This document shows, piece after piece, positions 41,169 through 54,158 of a stretch of DNA of 64,000 nucleotides. The DNA comes from Geosiphon pyriformis uo1 (Eukaryota > Fungi > Glomeromycota). Location of the stretch: assembly GCA_016748015.1 (NCBI GenBank), contig JAAOMT010000439.1, positions 517,527-581,526 on the forward strand. The letters are read 5' to 3'. Every line of letters starts with the position of its first letter. Position 1 is the first letter of the stretch. The notes beneath the pieces were generated by a model. It had not been told where the DNA came from. It worked only from the letters and a program-made list of their open reading frames with translations, and ran no database searches. A program made the position numbers and the translations under genes.

Positions 41169-41583
41169 AAATTGCTCCTTTCTCTTTGGGTAGTAAATGT
41201 CTAACCTGAATTTTTTATGATCTCGCATCCGGCTCCCCATACAAGAACAATTGTTTGCTTGCTAGATTAATAATTTACTAAATTGCTAGCATGATTGGTA
41301 TATCTTATAATTTTTAGATTTCTATTACCCTTTGTTATATTTGTTTGATTTTATCATGAAATAAATATTTTGCAAAAGGCCTTATGGCATCCCAGCTTAT
41401 ATGATTCGTTTTTGAAGTATCTCGTCATAGATAACGAAAATATCGAAGATTAGAAATATTAATTCGCAATAAATCAGGTCATTTCTTTGAAAATAGGTGT
41501 TTATTTTATAATCCATATTATTATATAATCAGATCTTTATCAGAATAAATTTGATCCTAGAAAGAAATTGCGCCATTTTAAGA

Positions 41584-44500
41584 ATGAAACCTCAGCAAAA
41601 GTCCCACCCTAGCATAGCTTCTGTACTTAACAGTAACACCCAAAGTATTAGTATTGGTAAGATTGGTAAAATAGCTAGAAAACGTTTGAGACGCAAAGAA
41701 CTAAACTTGAATAGAAAAATTACACCTTTTACCAACGCCAAACAAGAAGACGAGTGGCGTAAATTCTCATATCATGACCCCCCTCCGCCTTCTTCAAACT
41801 CGACTGCTTTGACTGCAACTCAAAAACGTAAAAGAGTGGAAGCCGAAGACGAGGGAGAAGGAAAGCAAAAAGCTAAAAAAAATGACATTAAAGGATCAAA
41901 GAAAAATAAAACGATTAATACACATGCGATAAATCGTGAACCCGATTTGAGAACCACGGATAAAGATTCAAAAGATGAGATTTCTGAATCTCCAATAGAC
42001 GATTTTCAATGGTCCGAGGTTCATTGTCCCGACGGGTTTTTAATGGGGGATGATGAAATCGGGGGGTTTTTATGTTTGGAAGAGTGTGATGGGGTTGATA
42101 TCGAGTATGAAGGGACTGAGAAGACTGGTCGAGTGATTAAATTTAAGGTATGGGGGATGGATCAACCTGTTGAATATTTTTAGACTGTGATTTCTTTAAA
42201 TTTATAATATTATATTTAACTTATATTTTATTGTAGAAAGTAAGAGACGTTAACAAAACAGGAAAATCAACGATGAAAGCTGCACAGCCCGAAAAACCAC
42301 TTTCTTTAGAAGAAACGCGAAATTTTTATGATCTTGATACATTTGATGAACGATTGCTAACTGTTAGTAACGAATTGGTAAGCAATCAGAAAGACAAAAG
42401 TGATTCCGAGGATAGCTGGGAGACAGTAGACACGTTTGGGGAATCGACTGACAATGAGCTTGATTGTGGGAGTGAGGATGCTTTGGATATAGAGCAAGAT
42501 TCTGAAGAGACGAGTCCGACGATGGTTGCTAAAAACACAAAAAAATCATTAAAAAATACAGCTACAGTTGCAAAAACAAAAACATCATCCTCTTCGAATC
42601 AAACAAATAAAAAGGGTTTCACAAATAATTTTGATATTGGTATGACAGATGTTTATAATTAGCACTGTTTCTTTGGAAATTTCCTTAATCCTAACGAACT
42701 CTTTTCCTCTAAAGATTTCGACATTTCTGAATGGAAAAAATTCAAATTATGCCCAGTAATCTTGAACGCGCTCAAATCCTTGAAATTTGGACAACCGACC
42801 CCAATACAAGAAAAAACTTTACCTTATGGATTAAAAGGGCGCGATGTGATTGGAGCTGCGGAAACTGGGTCTGGGAAAACTCTTGCATTTGGGATTCCTA
42901 TCTTACAATATATAATAAATATTAAAGAGTCTAGTGTGGGATCTAAGAAAAACTTAGAAAATCAACACACGAATGAACTTGCTGCTTTAATCATTACGCC
43001 CACAAGAGAACTGGCGATACAAGTTAAAGATCATCTTTTACAAATTGGGAAATATGCAGGCATCAAGGTTTGTCTTTACGGGAATGGGAATAGAAATTTT
43101 TTGGTATATAATATTGAAAAAATATTTCTGCAGGTACTAACGCTCGTAGGTGGAATGGCGGTACAAAAACAAAAACGTTTGATGGACAAGTTGCCGAATA
43201 TTATTGTTGCTACTCCTGGTCGATTATGGGAAATGGTGTCTGAGGTTGATATGGGTTGAATTCTTAATTTTCTGAAGCTTGCAACTATTCTCATTTGAAT
43301 TCACAATTAGAACGATGATTATCTCGATCGGTTGCGTCGCGTCAAATTCTTTGTACTTGACGAAGCGGATAGGATGCTAGAAACCGGTCATTTTAAAGAA
43401 TTAGATCAAATAATTACCTTGCTATCAAACACTAAAACGTATTATCAGATTTACTTTTCTTCGATGATACTCAAATAGAAGTGGCATTATCTGAATTATC
43501 GTGTTCCTCTTGTATTTCTGATAGCAATACGGATAACTGGAATAACGACATTAACACAAAGTATCCCACTGAAAATATTAAGGGTAGGTAAACCGGATTA
43601 CTTTTTATGCGAACTCAAATCAAAATACCTTTCTCGCCCTGAAATCTCATTTACAAATTGTAAATATCCTAGATCTGGCTGTCCGACAAACATTTGTTTT
43701 CTCTGCAACTCTTGATAAAAATTTGAAAGAGGACTTAAAGAGACGAAAATTTTTCAAGGCTGCTAAACCCAAAATTCTTGATAGTAAACGTGTTACAATG
43801 GGTAAAAGATCAGGATCAACTTCGACAATATATATGTTTATCTTTTTTGATCATCTTAATTGTTTCATTTGGCACTTTAGAGGCATTAATGAAACGACTC
43901 GACTTCAAAGATCATGACCCTGTATTTGTCGATATCACTCCGGAGGACGTAGTGGCTGCAAGTTTACAGGAATCAAAGATCCAATGCTGGGTTAAAGACA
44001 AGGTGCTTTTGATATCTCAACCGCGAAACATTCAGTGATCAGGCGATTCTTTTCATTAATACTTACAATCTCACAATTTAAAAAATATGGCAGGATATCT
44101 ACCTCTATTATTTTATCACACGATACCCTGGTCGAACTCTCGTGTTTGTCAATAGCATTGACGCTATACGACGATTAATTCCAATTATGAAATTACTGGG
44201 CGTTGAAGTGTTGGGCTTACATGCACAGATGCAACAACGACAACGATTAAAAAATTTGGACCGGTAAGTTTTCGTAGACAGAACAAGATTCTGAGAATAA
44301 AAATTTGATTTTGGTCTTTATTAATGCGCCGATCACAAAGTTTTAAACAGAATCCCAAATCAGTAATGGTGGCTAGTGATGTTGCCGCTCGTGGGCTTGA
44401 TATTCCATCGGTAGAACATGTCATCCACTATCAGTTGCCTAGATCGAGTGATGTAAAGTATCTATCAAAAATTAAAATCGGAGAACTGCGAACGATAAAT

Positions 44501-45439
44501 TTAATTTCCAATCTTCATAGATTTATGTACATCGAAGTGGTCGTACTGCTCGCGCACACAGAGAAGGTATAAGTTTGATGCTATGCAGCCCTGAGGAATC
44601 GGCACTTTACCGAAAAATTTGTCAAAAGCTCAAAAAAGGTGGTCCATTTGGATATTCTTTATCTTTCTTAAATTTGCTTTACAGCTAAAATTCTAAATTA
44701 CGAATTCATCCGACTCTTTAGACGCTGGCATGGATGATTTCCCGCTTGATAGAGGCATCATCGATGCTATGAAACAAAGGATAAGCTTGGCGCGTATGAT
44801 TGACGAAGAGGAACATAAAATACAAAAGGTTAACCCAGATCTATTAGCGTTATAAACTTATCCTTTTTCTAAAATCTGCCTTATAATACTTTTCCTGATA
44901 TATATGGTCTTGGATTTTAAGTCTAACCATGATACGGATTGGTTGCAAAAAGCAGCACAAGAATTAGAAGTGGATTTGGATGATGAAGAGTAAGGCTCCC
45001 CTAATTTTGTTCATGATATTTCTTGTTTTTGTTGATCTCGAACTATTGTTAAATTGCCTCATCGCCTTTACCTCAAAAAAATTCAATAAGCAAAAGTAAG
45101 AAAAAAAACGCGGCGGTAAAAGGAAAAATAAAAGCAATGAAACAACAACTCCGGTTCCTTCTCGCTCAACCACTTGTCCCACGTGGTGTTTCAACCAAAT
45201 ATTTGACCGGGGGTGTTGTTCGTGATTTGGCTGATCGACTCTTGGATGAACAATCATGTACTTGTCATTTTACTCTTTGGAAAATTTTATAATCATCTTC
45301 AAAGGATTCATTTATTAATTCGGATTTTTAATCTTGCACAGTAAATCCCTCTCTCCTTGGTGTCAAACAGACCTCGGCAACCTTTGATTTTAAATCAAAG
45401 AACAAAAAGAAATTTAAGAAAACAAATAACTTGAAGTGA
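41584..45439 (+). CDS. MAK5: ATP-dependent DEAD-box RNA helicase Mak5/DDX24, multi-exon
   Basis: [90 protein letters not shown]. Confidence 0.93.
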
Positions 45440-45699
45440 ATTTTGGCTAGTTGATTATAAAATTATTTTCACAAAACTCTGTTGAATGGAAAAATGCTTT
45501 TTGATTATGATCACTTGTGTCCAAGAGATAAAAAAGCTATAATACAAAATAGTTTATGATAATTGCATATAGGTTATTAAAAATTATACATTTCTTTTTT
45601 CTTTACAGAAAACAGTAATTTGTTAAGCAATAAAAATATTTCAGGTATTAAAATAAGTATTTAATATTTCAATTTTTAAATAAGTGTAGCTTTTTTATT

Positions 45700-46900
45700 A
45701 CATCTGAATTTGAGAAATTACAGTATAATTGAAGTGTTTTAATTTTCTATTTTTTGACAGTATTAAAACATAAATTGTTTTTTTTTAATTTGATAATTTG
45801 TTTAAATATAATTTTAATACATTTTTATTAAAATAATTAAAAAAACATTTGTAGATTGTTTATTTATACTTTTTAACAAAAAAATTTACTGGTTAATTTT
45901 TTAATCTAAATATTAAAATATGTTTAAAACTTTTTAATTGTGTTTTTTTAAAAATGTTAAAAAATTTATATTTAAATATTAAACTATTTTTTTATAAAAT
46001 TTTATAAACCAAAGATAAATATTTTAATACTTTTAAATTTGTTTATAATTTATGGATGTACTTTTTTAGATTAAACCAATTATTGAGAGAAAAAAAAAGA
46101 CCAGTACCAAAAACCAAAAAATTCAACTTAGTTAAAATTAAACTAAGTCTTCCAAAGCTAATATTTTTAACTTTAAACCACTAATTTTAACAATAAAAAT
46201 CTTATTATTAAAAATTAAAAGCAGAATATTATTAATAACAGATATAAAAACAGAAAAAAAAAATTTTAAAATATCTATATTAAACTTAATAATATTGTTT
46301 ATAAGCATATTTAATAAAAAATAAGATAAACAAAAAAATAAAAAAAACTTATTACAAAAGTATTTAATTTAGCAAAAATCATAGTAACTTAATTACTTGG
46401 AAGTTTTAAAGATCTTTTAAGAAAGTTCAACCAAAATTTTAAAACAAAAAAAATAAAAAATAAAGAATTAACTAACATATTATTATTATTATTATTATAA
46501 AAAATATTATAGCCAACTATTTAAGTTTATAACTTGTCATCAAATACCAATAAATAAGAAATAAAAAACTGTTTTTTAACATAGAAATAAACAAAATACA
46601 AATAAGTTTTTTCAAAATACTCATAATTAATAAGTTTTTTAATAAAAAAATTCAAAAAAACATATTTATTATATTCAAAAACAAAATATTTAAAATAACC
46701 ATATTTATTATAATAAACTATATTTAATCTAATTCAAAAAAGCTTAATACTTTTAAAAACAAAAATTATACAAAATGTTTAATTTAGATTTTTTTTAAAC
46801 TTAAAACAAATAGTTATATATTAAAGCTTAATATTAATAGTAAATAATTTATTAATAATACAGATTTTTTTACTTATATTTTTTAATAGTAAATTCAAAT
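45700..46900 (-). mobile_element. Very AT-rich fossil TE, probably an inverted LINE fragment
   Basis: Extremely AT-rich; weak reverse-strand resemblance to LINE ORF1 (ISFGRLSL compared with VFFGGLSW). Confidence 0.35.
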
Positions 46901-47067
46901 TATAAGTGGTTGTTTTTATAAATAATATAAACAATTTTCTTTCCTTCATCCAAATTTCCCAAAAAAGAGTCTAAAGTTTTTTCAAAAGAAGTTTTTTTAC
47001 CATTCAGTACGATAAATCAAAACCATTTTTCGATTACGAGGCCACTGTTGGCTCTGTTATTGCTGTT

Positions 47068-47691
47068 ATAAAGAAGGCTACCAAAGTTTCTGGTTCCGAA
47101 GGTGGTTTTAAAATAGTTGTATTGAGGAAAAAGAGAAAAAGTGGTGTATTGGCAGAGAGTATTAATAATAGTGGGGTTGCTGATAAAGCTCTTAGTAATT
47201 GTTCATGGGGTTCTGAGGCGGGTAACACTACTGAATCTGAGAGTATTGACATAGAGAAGAAGTGCTTGGTTGAGGAAACCAGTGTTAACTATGGTGAGAA
47301 TGGTGCTTTTGCAGAAGAGGATCCTGATCAAATGCCTAAGAGTTTGCGTGTAAAGACCAAGAAGGTGTTAGGGAAGCCTCTGGGTGTGATTGATTATGGT
47401 ACTGTCGATGTAGACAATGACGTGTTAGTTGGTTCCTTTTTTCTTCCACCCTCTTTGCCTATTAAACTGTCCGTTCAAGTGCCTGTTTGCAAGTCTTTTG
47501 CTTTGGATATTGATCTCATGGCTGTTGCTGGGAAATCATCTCAAGAGAAATTGAACTTTGTCAAAAAAATTTTTTCAGGTGTGAATGGTTTTGGGGGGGC
47601 CTCTGCTCCCTCAAAATTTGGTGGAATCATCCTGGTATCTTTCACTTCTGAAAAAGTGATGATGGTGGCTGCTCAATTGGCAAATGACCGT
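47068..47691 (+). pseudogene. LINE-B ORF1, 5' part
   Basis: CSWGSEAG.TTESESID, FSGVNGFGGASAPSKF; colinear with LINE-A ORF1. Confidence 0.88.
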
Positions 47692-48489
47692 TGTTACGGT
47701 TTAAGAATTTAGCAAAAAGAATCATAAAAATAATACAAACTATTCAATCATAATATAGCACAGTAATAATCTTAGAAAGATAATGATTAACATAGTAGCA
47801 AACACCAGGTTGAAATATCAAAAAGAAAGTATTTTCTTGTAGAACTACAAACATGTATATATACAGTAGTTTTAATATTGGGAAATAATCAATCAAGTAA
47901 TAAAAATCATAACTTATCAAGCAACAGATCCAATTTTATCCAACAAACTCCACTTTAAATCATACTTTCAAATTAAATATCTCAAGAAACCTTTAAAAAT
48001 CAAAAAGAAATGAAAAAAAATATTTAAAATGGAACTATCACAACCCAAAGTATTAAGAAACTTACTTGTATTATTTATTGAATGAAACTATCATTCATCA
48101 ACTGAATCCCTTGGAAGAATAATCCTTGATCAAGATTATTCATGTTGTTACTAATTAATAAAAGCTTTATTGTGAGAATTAGAAAAGCGCTAAAGACCAT
48201 TAATATTCTGTGTTTCTAGATTAGAGAAACACATCAGGCAATTGCAAAAATAGCCTCAGAAAAGACCCCAGACAGTGGGTAGATTTCAGTTTAGCCTCTG
48301 AAAAGGAGTACATAAACACACACAACAATCAAAAATTAAAGAATAACTTACATTGCAACAATAAAAAGAAAGCCTTCAGTGTAATAGTGACATTATCACA
48401 CAAATAGAATTGAGAAACTCACGAAAGACTGATTGCAATTAAAGTGGGATATCTGCAATTAAATATAACAAGAAAACCATCCCGTAATA
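47692..48489 (+). repeat. Gypsy-B 5' LTR (798 bp)
   Basis: TGTTACG...CGTAATA; direct repeat of 56305-57102. Confidence 0.96.
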
Positions 48490-48491
48490 TT

Positions 48492-48508
48492 TGGTGAACC
48501 CTATGAGG
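48492..48508 (+). other. Primer binding site, tentatively tRNA-Trp
   Basis: TGGTGAACCCTATGAGG lies 2 nt after the LTR. Its complement ends GGGUUCACCA, resembling eukaryotic tRNA-Trp 3' ends; the tRNA identity is inference. Confidence 0.65.
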
Positions 48509-48787
48509 AAAGAAAATCAAAAAGGAAATAATAATTAGCAATAATTCATTGCTAAAAAGGAAAAGACAAAAGTGGCAACAAAAACCCCTAATCTTACTGT
48601 TCTTGAATTCTGCCATGCTATTTACACACAAAATCAAAGTGATCTTGGATTACCAGAAGGGTGTTGTCCAGCAGAATCTGCCCTCACTTATTATATCAAT
48701 GCCAGAATAAATTATCATATAGGAAAGGAAGAAGAACCACACGACACAAAACTTGGATTGTATAGAGAATTATCACAATACACTACA

Positions 48788-48807
48788 NNNNNNNNNNNNN
48801 NNNNNNN
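48788..48807. other. Assembly gap (20 N)
   Basis: Run of N characters; frame and length across the gag 5' region cannot be determined. Confidence 1.
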
Positions 48808-51800
48808 AACTAGGAACACCAGCTCAAACGCCAAAGAAAACTGTCACTCAATCAATAAAAAAACAATGTATTTATTCACCAGAAGATAAATCATACTATT
48901 TTTCACCAAAAAATAAGATACAAATTCCATTAGGAGCTGCATCATCATCAACATCAACTCCACAAATGCCAAGAACTCCTAGTTATATTGATAAAATTAA
49001 ACAACGTAACTGGGGAGACATACCAATTACAGGAGGATATTCATCACTATTCCAAAACCCTCTTTTTCAGCCAAAATTTAGAACAGGGTTTGAAAACCGT
49101 GAAGAAGAGTCTGAATTGGAATCCGAAAAAGAGATCAGCGAAAAAACAATCACAAGACCAGTCACTGGAACAAGCAGCCAGTCCAGAAACCAAGAAACTC
49201 GTGATCAAGAGGAAGAACCGGATATAAGAGAAGTCACCTTTAGGAACGCTCAAGGAAATATCATCCCACCTCCTCTTAGACCAATAAACCCACCAGCAGA
49301 AAATGGCAACGAAATAACCACACCATATATTGCAAGACTAACAGATTTCTCAGGAGAGGAAGAAGAAACGGATGTGCACACATGGCTCAGAGAAACACAA
49401 AAAGCCATCCAGGCAAATAACTAAAATGACCAAAGAGCAATTCAAACATTACCTTTCTTCCTGAAAGGCACAGCCGACTCGTGGTATCAAAGCCTGGAAA
49501 CAAAACCCACGAGCTTTGCCAAATTTAAAAATGCACTCCTGGAGTATTTTAGCGACCCAAACGCCGTAATCCAACTACAGAACGAATTCAATACTATCAA
49601 GCAAAATACCGGTGAAACTGTCACCCAATACCTTGCTCAATTCAATCGAATTCGCTGTCAGATTGAAGTGATTGAACAAGGATACTACACTGATCCTCAG
49701 GTTTTAAATCAGTTTATTAGAGGATTAAAAAGCAGCATTTTAGGAAGAGTATGCCCTGCCCACCCTAATTCCTTACCAGAAGCTGTTATGCTCACCAGAG
49801 CCCTTGAATCGGCTGAGAAAGAAGCTAACCATAGTCAAATAGTTAACATGGTAATGGAGGAAAATAAGACAGAAACATTAGAGAAAAGAGTAACACGATT
49901 AGGGGAGGAACTCTCTAAGAAAATAGAAAGTTACCTCATCCCGGATCCGAGAAAAAATACATACCAACCACCCCAAAGACGCAGCCAAGAAGTCAGCGAC
50001 AGTCGAAATAATCGCTCATCATGCCAGGAATTCAAAACAGAAACACGTGCCTGCCATTTTTGCAAATGCATAGGACATTTGATTAGTCAATGTCGAACGT
50101 GAATGATGCAGGAAGCATGCGAAAATAATTACTACGCACCACCCCAAATGCCCAGAAACCAGTACATGCCAATACCATGCCAATATCCCACCACGTATCA
50201 AAATCAAGGAGCTTACCAGCAACAGCCCATGATAGCCAACCCGAATTGGCATCCCAAGGCCTGAAATCAGCCCATGTGAAACCAGAACGCATTGGTCCAG
50301 AGGAATCCAAACTGTGCCAGAACCAATTAACAAACCAATCCAAACTACCAAAATTATCAACAAACTTACCTTAATATACCGGAAAACCTGATCATTGGAA
50401 ACAATGACGGTAGAAACATAAACAGAACCAAGAATTCCTCCAAATTGAGCCAGACAATACCACCAGCAGTTGCCACCGAAGATAGCAGCCTCACAGCTAT
50501 TTTTCCTTTTGAATTAAAGGAAAACGAGGCTATGTTCAGTGAAGCAGCATTGGACGAAAAATGCCCAATCACTGCTATATATACGGAAGCCACTGTAAAC
50601 AATACCTTAATCAAACTTATCTTAGACAGCAGATCCACTGGAAGCATCATAACACTTCAACTAGTAAACCAACTGGGTTTCAAAGTTGATTGTGCCGCGA
50701 CATCCCAAATCATAACAGCCGATAGAAGTACAAAGCTGCCTCATGGCGAAATCGACTCATTCCCTTTCGAAATTAACGGCATAGTAATATCTACAAAAGT
50801 ATTAGTAATGGACACTACACAATATCAAGCATTAGTAGGAAATGACTGGCTAACAAAAGCCAACGCCACCCTAGACTGGACCACCCAAGAGCTTCTGATC
50901 AATTATAATGGCCACCAGGCCAAAATTCCAGCCACCTGTGGCCACTTCCAAAAACCCAGTGCCAACCAAAGACCTACCTTCAAATTTGAGGAAAATCCAG
51001 CACTACCAGCCATCAAAACCTATCAGCTCTCTTGGGCTGATGACCAAAGAACAGAACTACCAGCCGTACCAATGTGGACCAGCGAAGAAAGATCCGAATA
51101 GAACCAGGTAAGTTCACAAAGAAACCACCAGCGATGCAGACCAAAGCTAGAATGCTCGGTTTGCAAGAAGAAATTCTCGTCTATGACTGCATGCAGTGCA
51201 CCGGATGAAGACCCAAGAAACTCCACCCACTACTATTGTAACCATTGTAACAAAGAAAAATACAGTTACCCAGAAAGACACAGAAAATGGGACGAGGAAC
51301 TGTGCCTTGCTTGTGGAGAACTATTACCAAGAGGGTGTGACTGGAATGACTTACCAGGCAGAGGAGAAACGTGTGACGCAACTTGCCAATACACGATCCT
51401 TATCTGTGACTGGGTAAGAGGAGGAATGCTGTTCGAAGCAGCATTCAACAGAGTGTTAAAAAGATTACAGCACTACTTACACGACAAGGACGAGTTGTAC
51501 AACACTGCACAAGCCAAAGTAAGAGGAGGAACCACCGAAGAAATACGACGTTGGAAAGAGTCAGCCGAAGTAGCTGATGAAGTCGCCAGCTACAACATGT
51601 TCGACCCAGTGGACAAATTCCAGGACTACTACCAACAACTATGCCCCACTCGACAAGAACAAGAACAATACCTCGCCCAAATCAACACTTACCTCTGCGA
51701 AAACTGTCTCATCCCGTGCCAAAATCAGTGCTGTGAAGAGTGTCAAGACGAAAGGGACTTAGAAAGAAAAATGGAAATTGAGAATCAGCAGTCTCAAAAT

Positions 51801-51914
51801 CAATCAATAAATCAACAAGACTCACCTGACGGTTCCGAGTCAGAAAAATTTGTAGCCTATACTGACCTAGAACAGGTGACTGACATCCGATACTTCAACA
51901 ACGGACACTTAAGA

Positions 51915-52310
51915 ATAATACCCGAAAGAGCCCATCCAACTGACGCCGGATTCGATCTATGTTATCCGGAAGACCAATCCACAACGTTACTACCCAGGAG
52001 CATCACCAAAATCAACCTAAAAATAGCGGTTGAAATTCCGCCAAGAATAATGGTTCAAATGGCGTCGCGATTAAGCCTCACAAAAAAAAGAATAAGCATT
52101 CAAGGAGGAGTAATTGACTCCAGATACACTGGAAATTTGATGGTTTTGCTACAGAACAATTCAGAAAAGCCTTATACCATTGAATCTAAGAAAAAGATTG
52201 CACAAGCAATTTTTCTACCATTGGTAAAAATTGGGAAATTCATGCCAGTGGAAAATCGTGAGGAATTATCACAAACAACGAGAGGAACTTTTGGTTTTGG
52301 ATCAACAGGA
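51915..52310 (+). other. dut: Trimeric dUTPase domain within Gypsy-B pol
   Basis: All five motifs are recognisable: AGFDL, ASRLSL, GVIDSRYTG, KIAQAI and RGTFGFGSTG. Confidence 0.93.
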
Positions 52311-54158
52311 AAAGAAATTGAAGCAAATTTTGCTGAAACAATAGAGGAAAAAGGCGAAGTAATTAAAAATGAGCAGTCCATCACACTCCTACTATATGGA
52401 AAATCAGAAATAAGAATAAAAAGGACAATTAAAAAAAAAGACCTAATATTTGAGCCCTATCCAGAAACTTGCCAACAGTTTTTCATAGGACTTACTAATC
52501 TTTTTATTCCAGCTGATAAAGCTCAATGGATAAAAATTCTTATCGCAAACACCACAGAAGAACCCGTCTACATTCTGGAAGATACCATCATTGGATACCT
52601 CGGAACGGAGCTAGAAAATGTGTTAACACCACAAGAAATTCTAAATTTCCCAGAAATCACCCTCTACTGTGAACTCACTTCAATAAATTGGCAACAACTG
52701 TTAGAATGTTATCAATTTACACCAGAAGAATTGGCCAAATTAAACATTGGAACAATGAATCCTGACCAACAGCGACAATTAAAAGCATTAATTTTAAAAT
52801 ACTCTAATATATTTTCAAGAAATGGCGAATTTGGTTCAACACCAAATCCCTACTGGAGACGCCAAACCTGAAAAATAATGTGCTTACCGTGTCCCACCAA
52901 TGGAGCATAATTTTATCAGAGAAGAAGTCCAAAGCATGTTGGAAAAAGGAATAATACAACCATCAATGAGCCCATGGTCCTTACCAGTTGTTTTAGTAAG
53001 GAAAAAGAACGAAAAAATTAGATTTTGTGTCGACTATCGCAAACTAAACAGCAAAACAACCAAAGACTCATACCCAATACCGTTAATTGACAAAATTTTT
53101 GACGTTTTTGGAGGAGCAAAATGGTTTTCTATACTGGACTTGACCAGTGAGTACTGGCAAGTGGAAATGGACCCAAAGGACAGGCATAAAACAGCATTCA
53201 CAACACAAAATGGCAATTATGAGTTCAATGTAATGCCATTTGGATTAACAAATGCTCCTGCAACATTCCAAAGACTAATGGACGTAATTTACTCTGGAAT
53301 CCTGTGGCAATCTGTTGTTGTCTACTTGGATGATACAAATGTTTTTTCGTCAAAATTCACGGATCATCTCCAACATTTACAACAAGTTTTTGAGAGATTG
53401 AGACACGCTGGACTTAAACTAAATCTAAAAAAATGTTTCTTTGGGAAAAATGAGTTAGCATTTTTAGGACATGTAGTTGGAAAAGATGGAATAAAACCAG
53501 ATCCATCAAAAATAGACAAAGTGAAAAATCTTCCAGTACCTCGAAACGTTTCAGAAGTTAGAAGCTTTTTAGGACTTGCATCTTACTACTGCCGCTTTGT
53601 AGAAAACTTTTCAAACATTGTCAAATCCCTTAATTACCTACTATCTAAAAATGTGAAGTTTGAATGGACTGAAGCACAACAAAAAGCTTTTGAGTACCTT
53701 AGACAAAAGCTTATTGAATCACCAATAATGATCTATCCGAATTTCAACAAGAAATTCATTTTGGCCACAGATGCCTCTAGAACTAGACTTGGAGCCATTC
53801 TGTCACAAAAAGATGATAATGGAAGAGAACGTGTAATTGCTTATGTCAGCAGAAGTCTCAGTACGGCAGAACAAAACTATGTAGCACATGAACTTGAATG
53901 CTTAGCAGTAGTCTGGAGTTGTGTTCACTTTGACACATATTTACGGTACCAACCCTTTGAGATTACAACAGATCATAGAGGTCTGGTCTGATTAAATAAC
54001 AAGAAAGTGCTAAAAAGAAAATACGCCAGATGGTCACAAACGTTAGCACTATATGATTATATTATCAAATACAAAGAAAGTACCAAAAATGCTAATGTCG
54101 ACTGTTTGTTAAGAATGAGACACACATAAAAATCACCAACCCACCCGCCACAACAACA

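Larger units (their letters stand above)
48572..54129 (+). pseudogene. Gypsy-B Gag-protease-Cys-rich domain-dUTPase-RT-RNase H polyprotein
   Basis: Gag core; knuckle CHFCKCIGHLISQC (50052-50093); protease LILDSRS (50625, G>R); dUTPase; RT YLDD (53323); RNase H TDAS..ELECLAV..TDH. One frame after the N-gap, apart from stops and one deletion frameshift near 52835. Ends TAA at 54127-54129. True start unknown. Confidence 0.9.

Noticed and set aside
52820-52900. Frame change between the dUTPase region and RT as a programmed ribosomal frameshift
   Set aside because: The expected FG(RTxL)VQHQIPTGD motif lacks several residues at exactly this point. This fits a small deletion in this copy rather than a slippery site.
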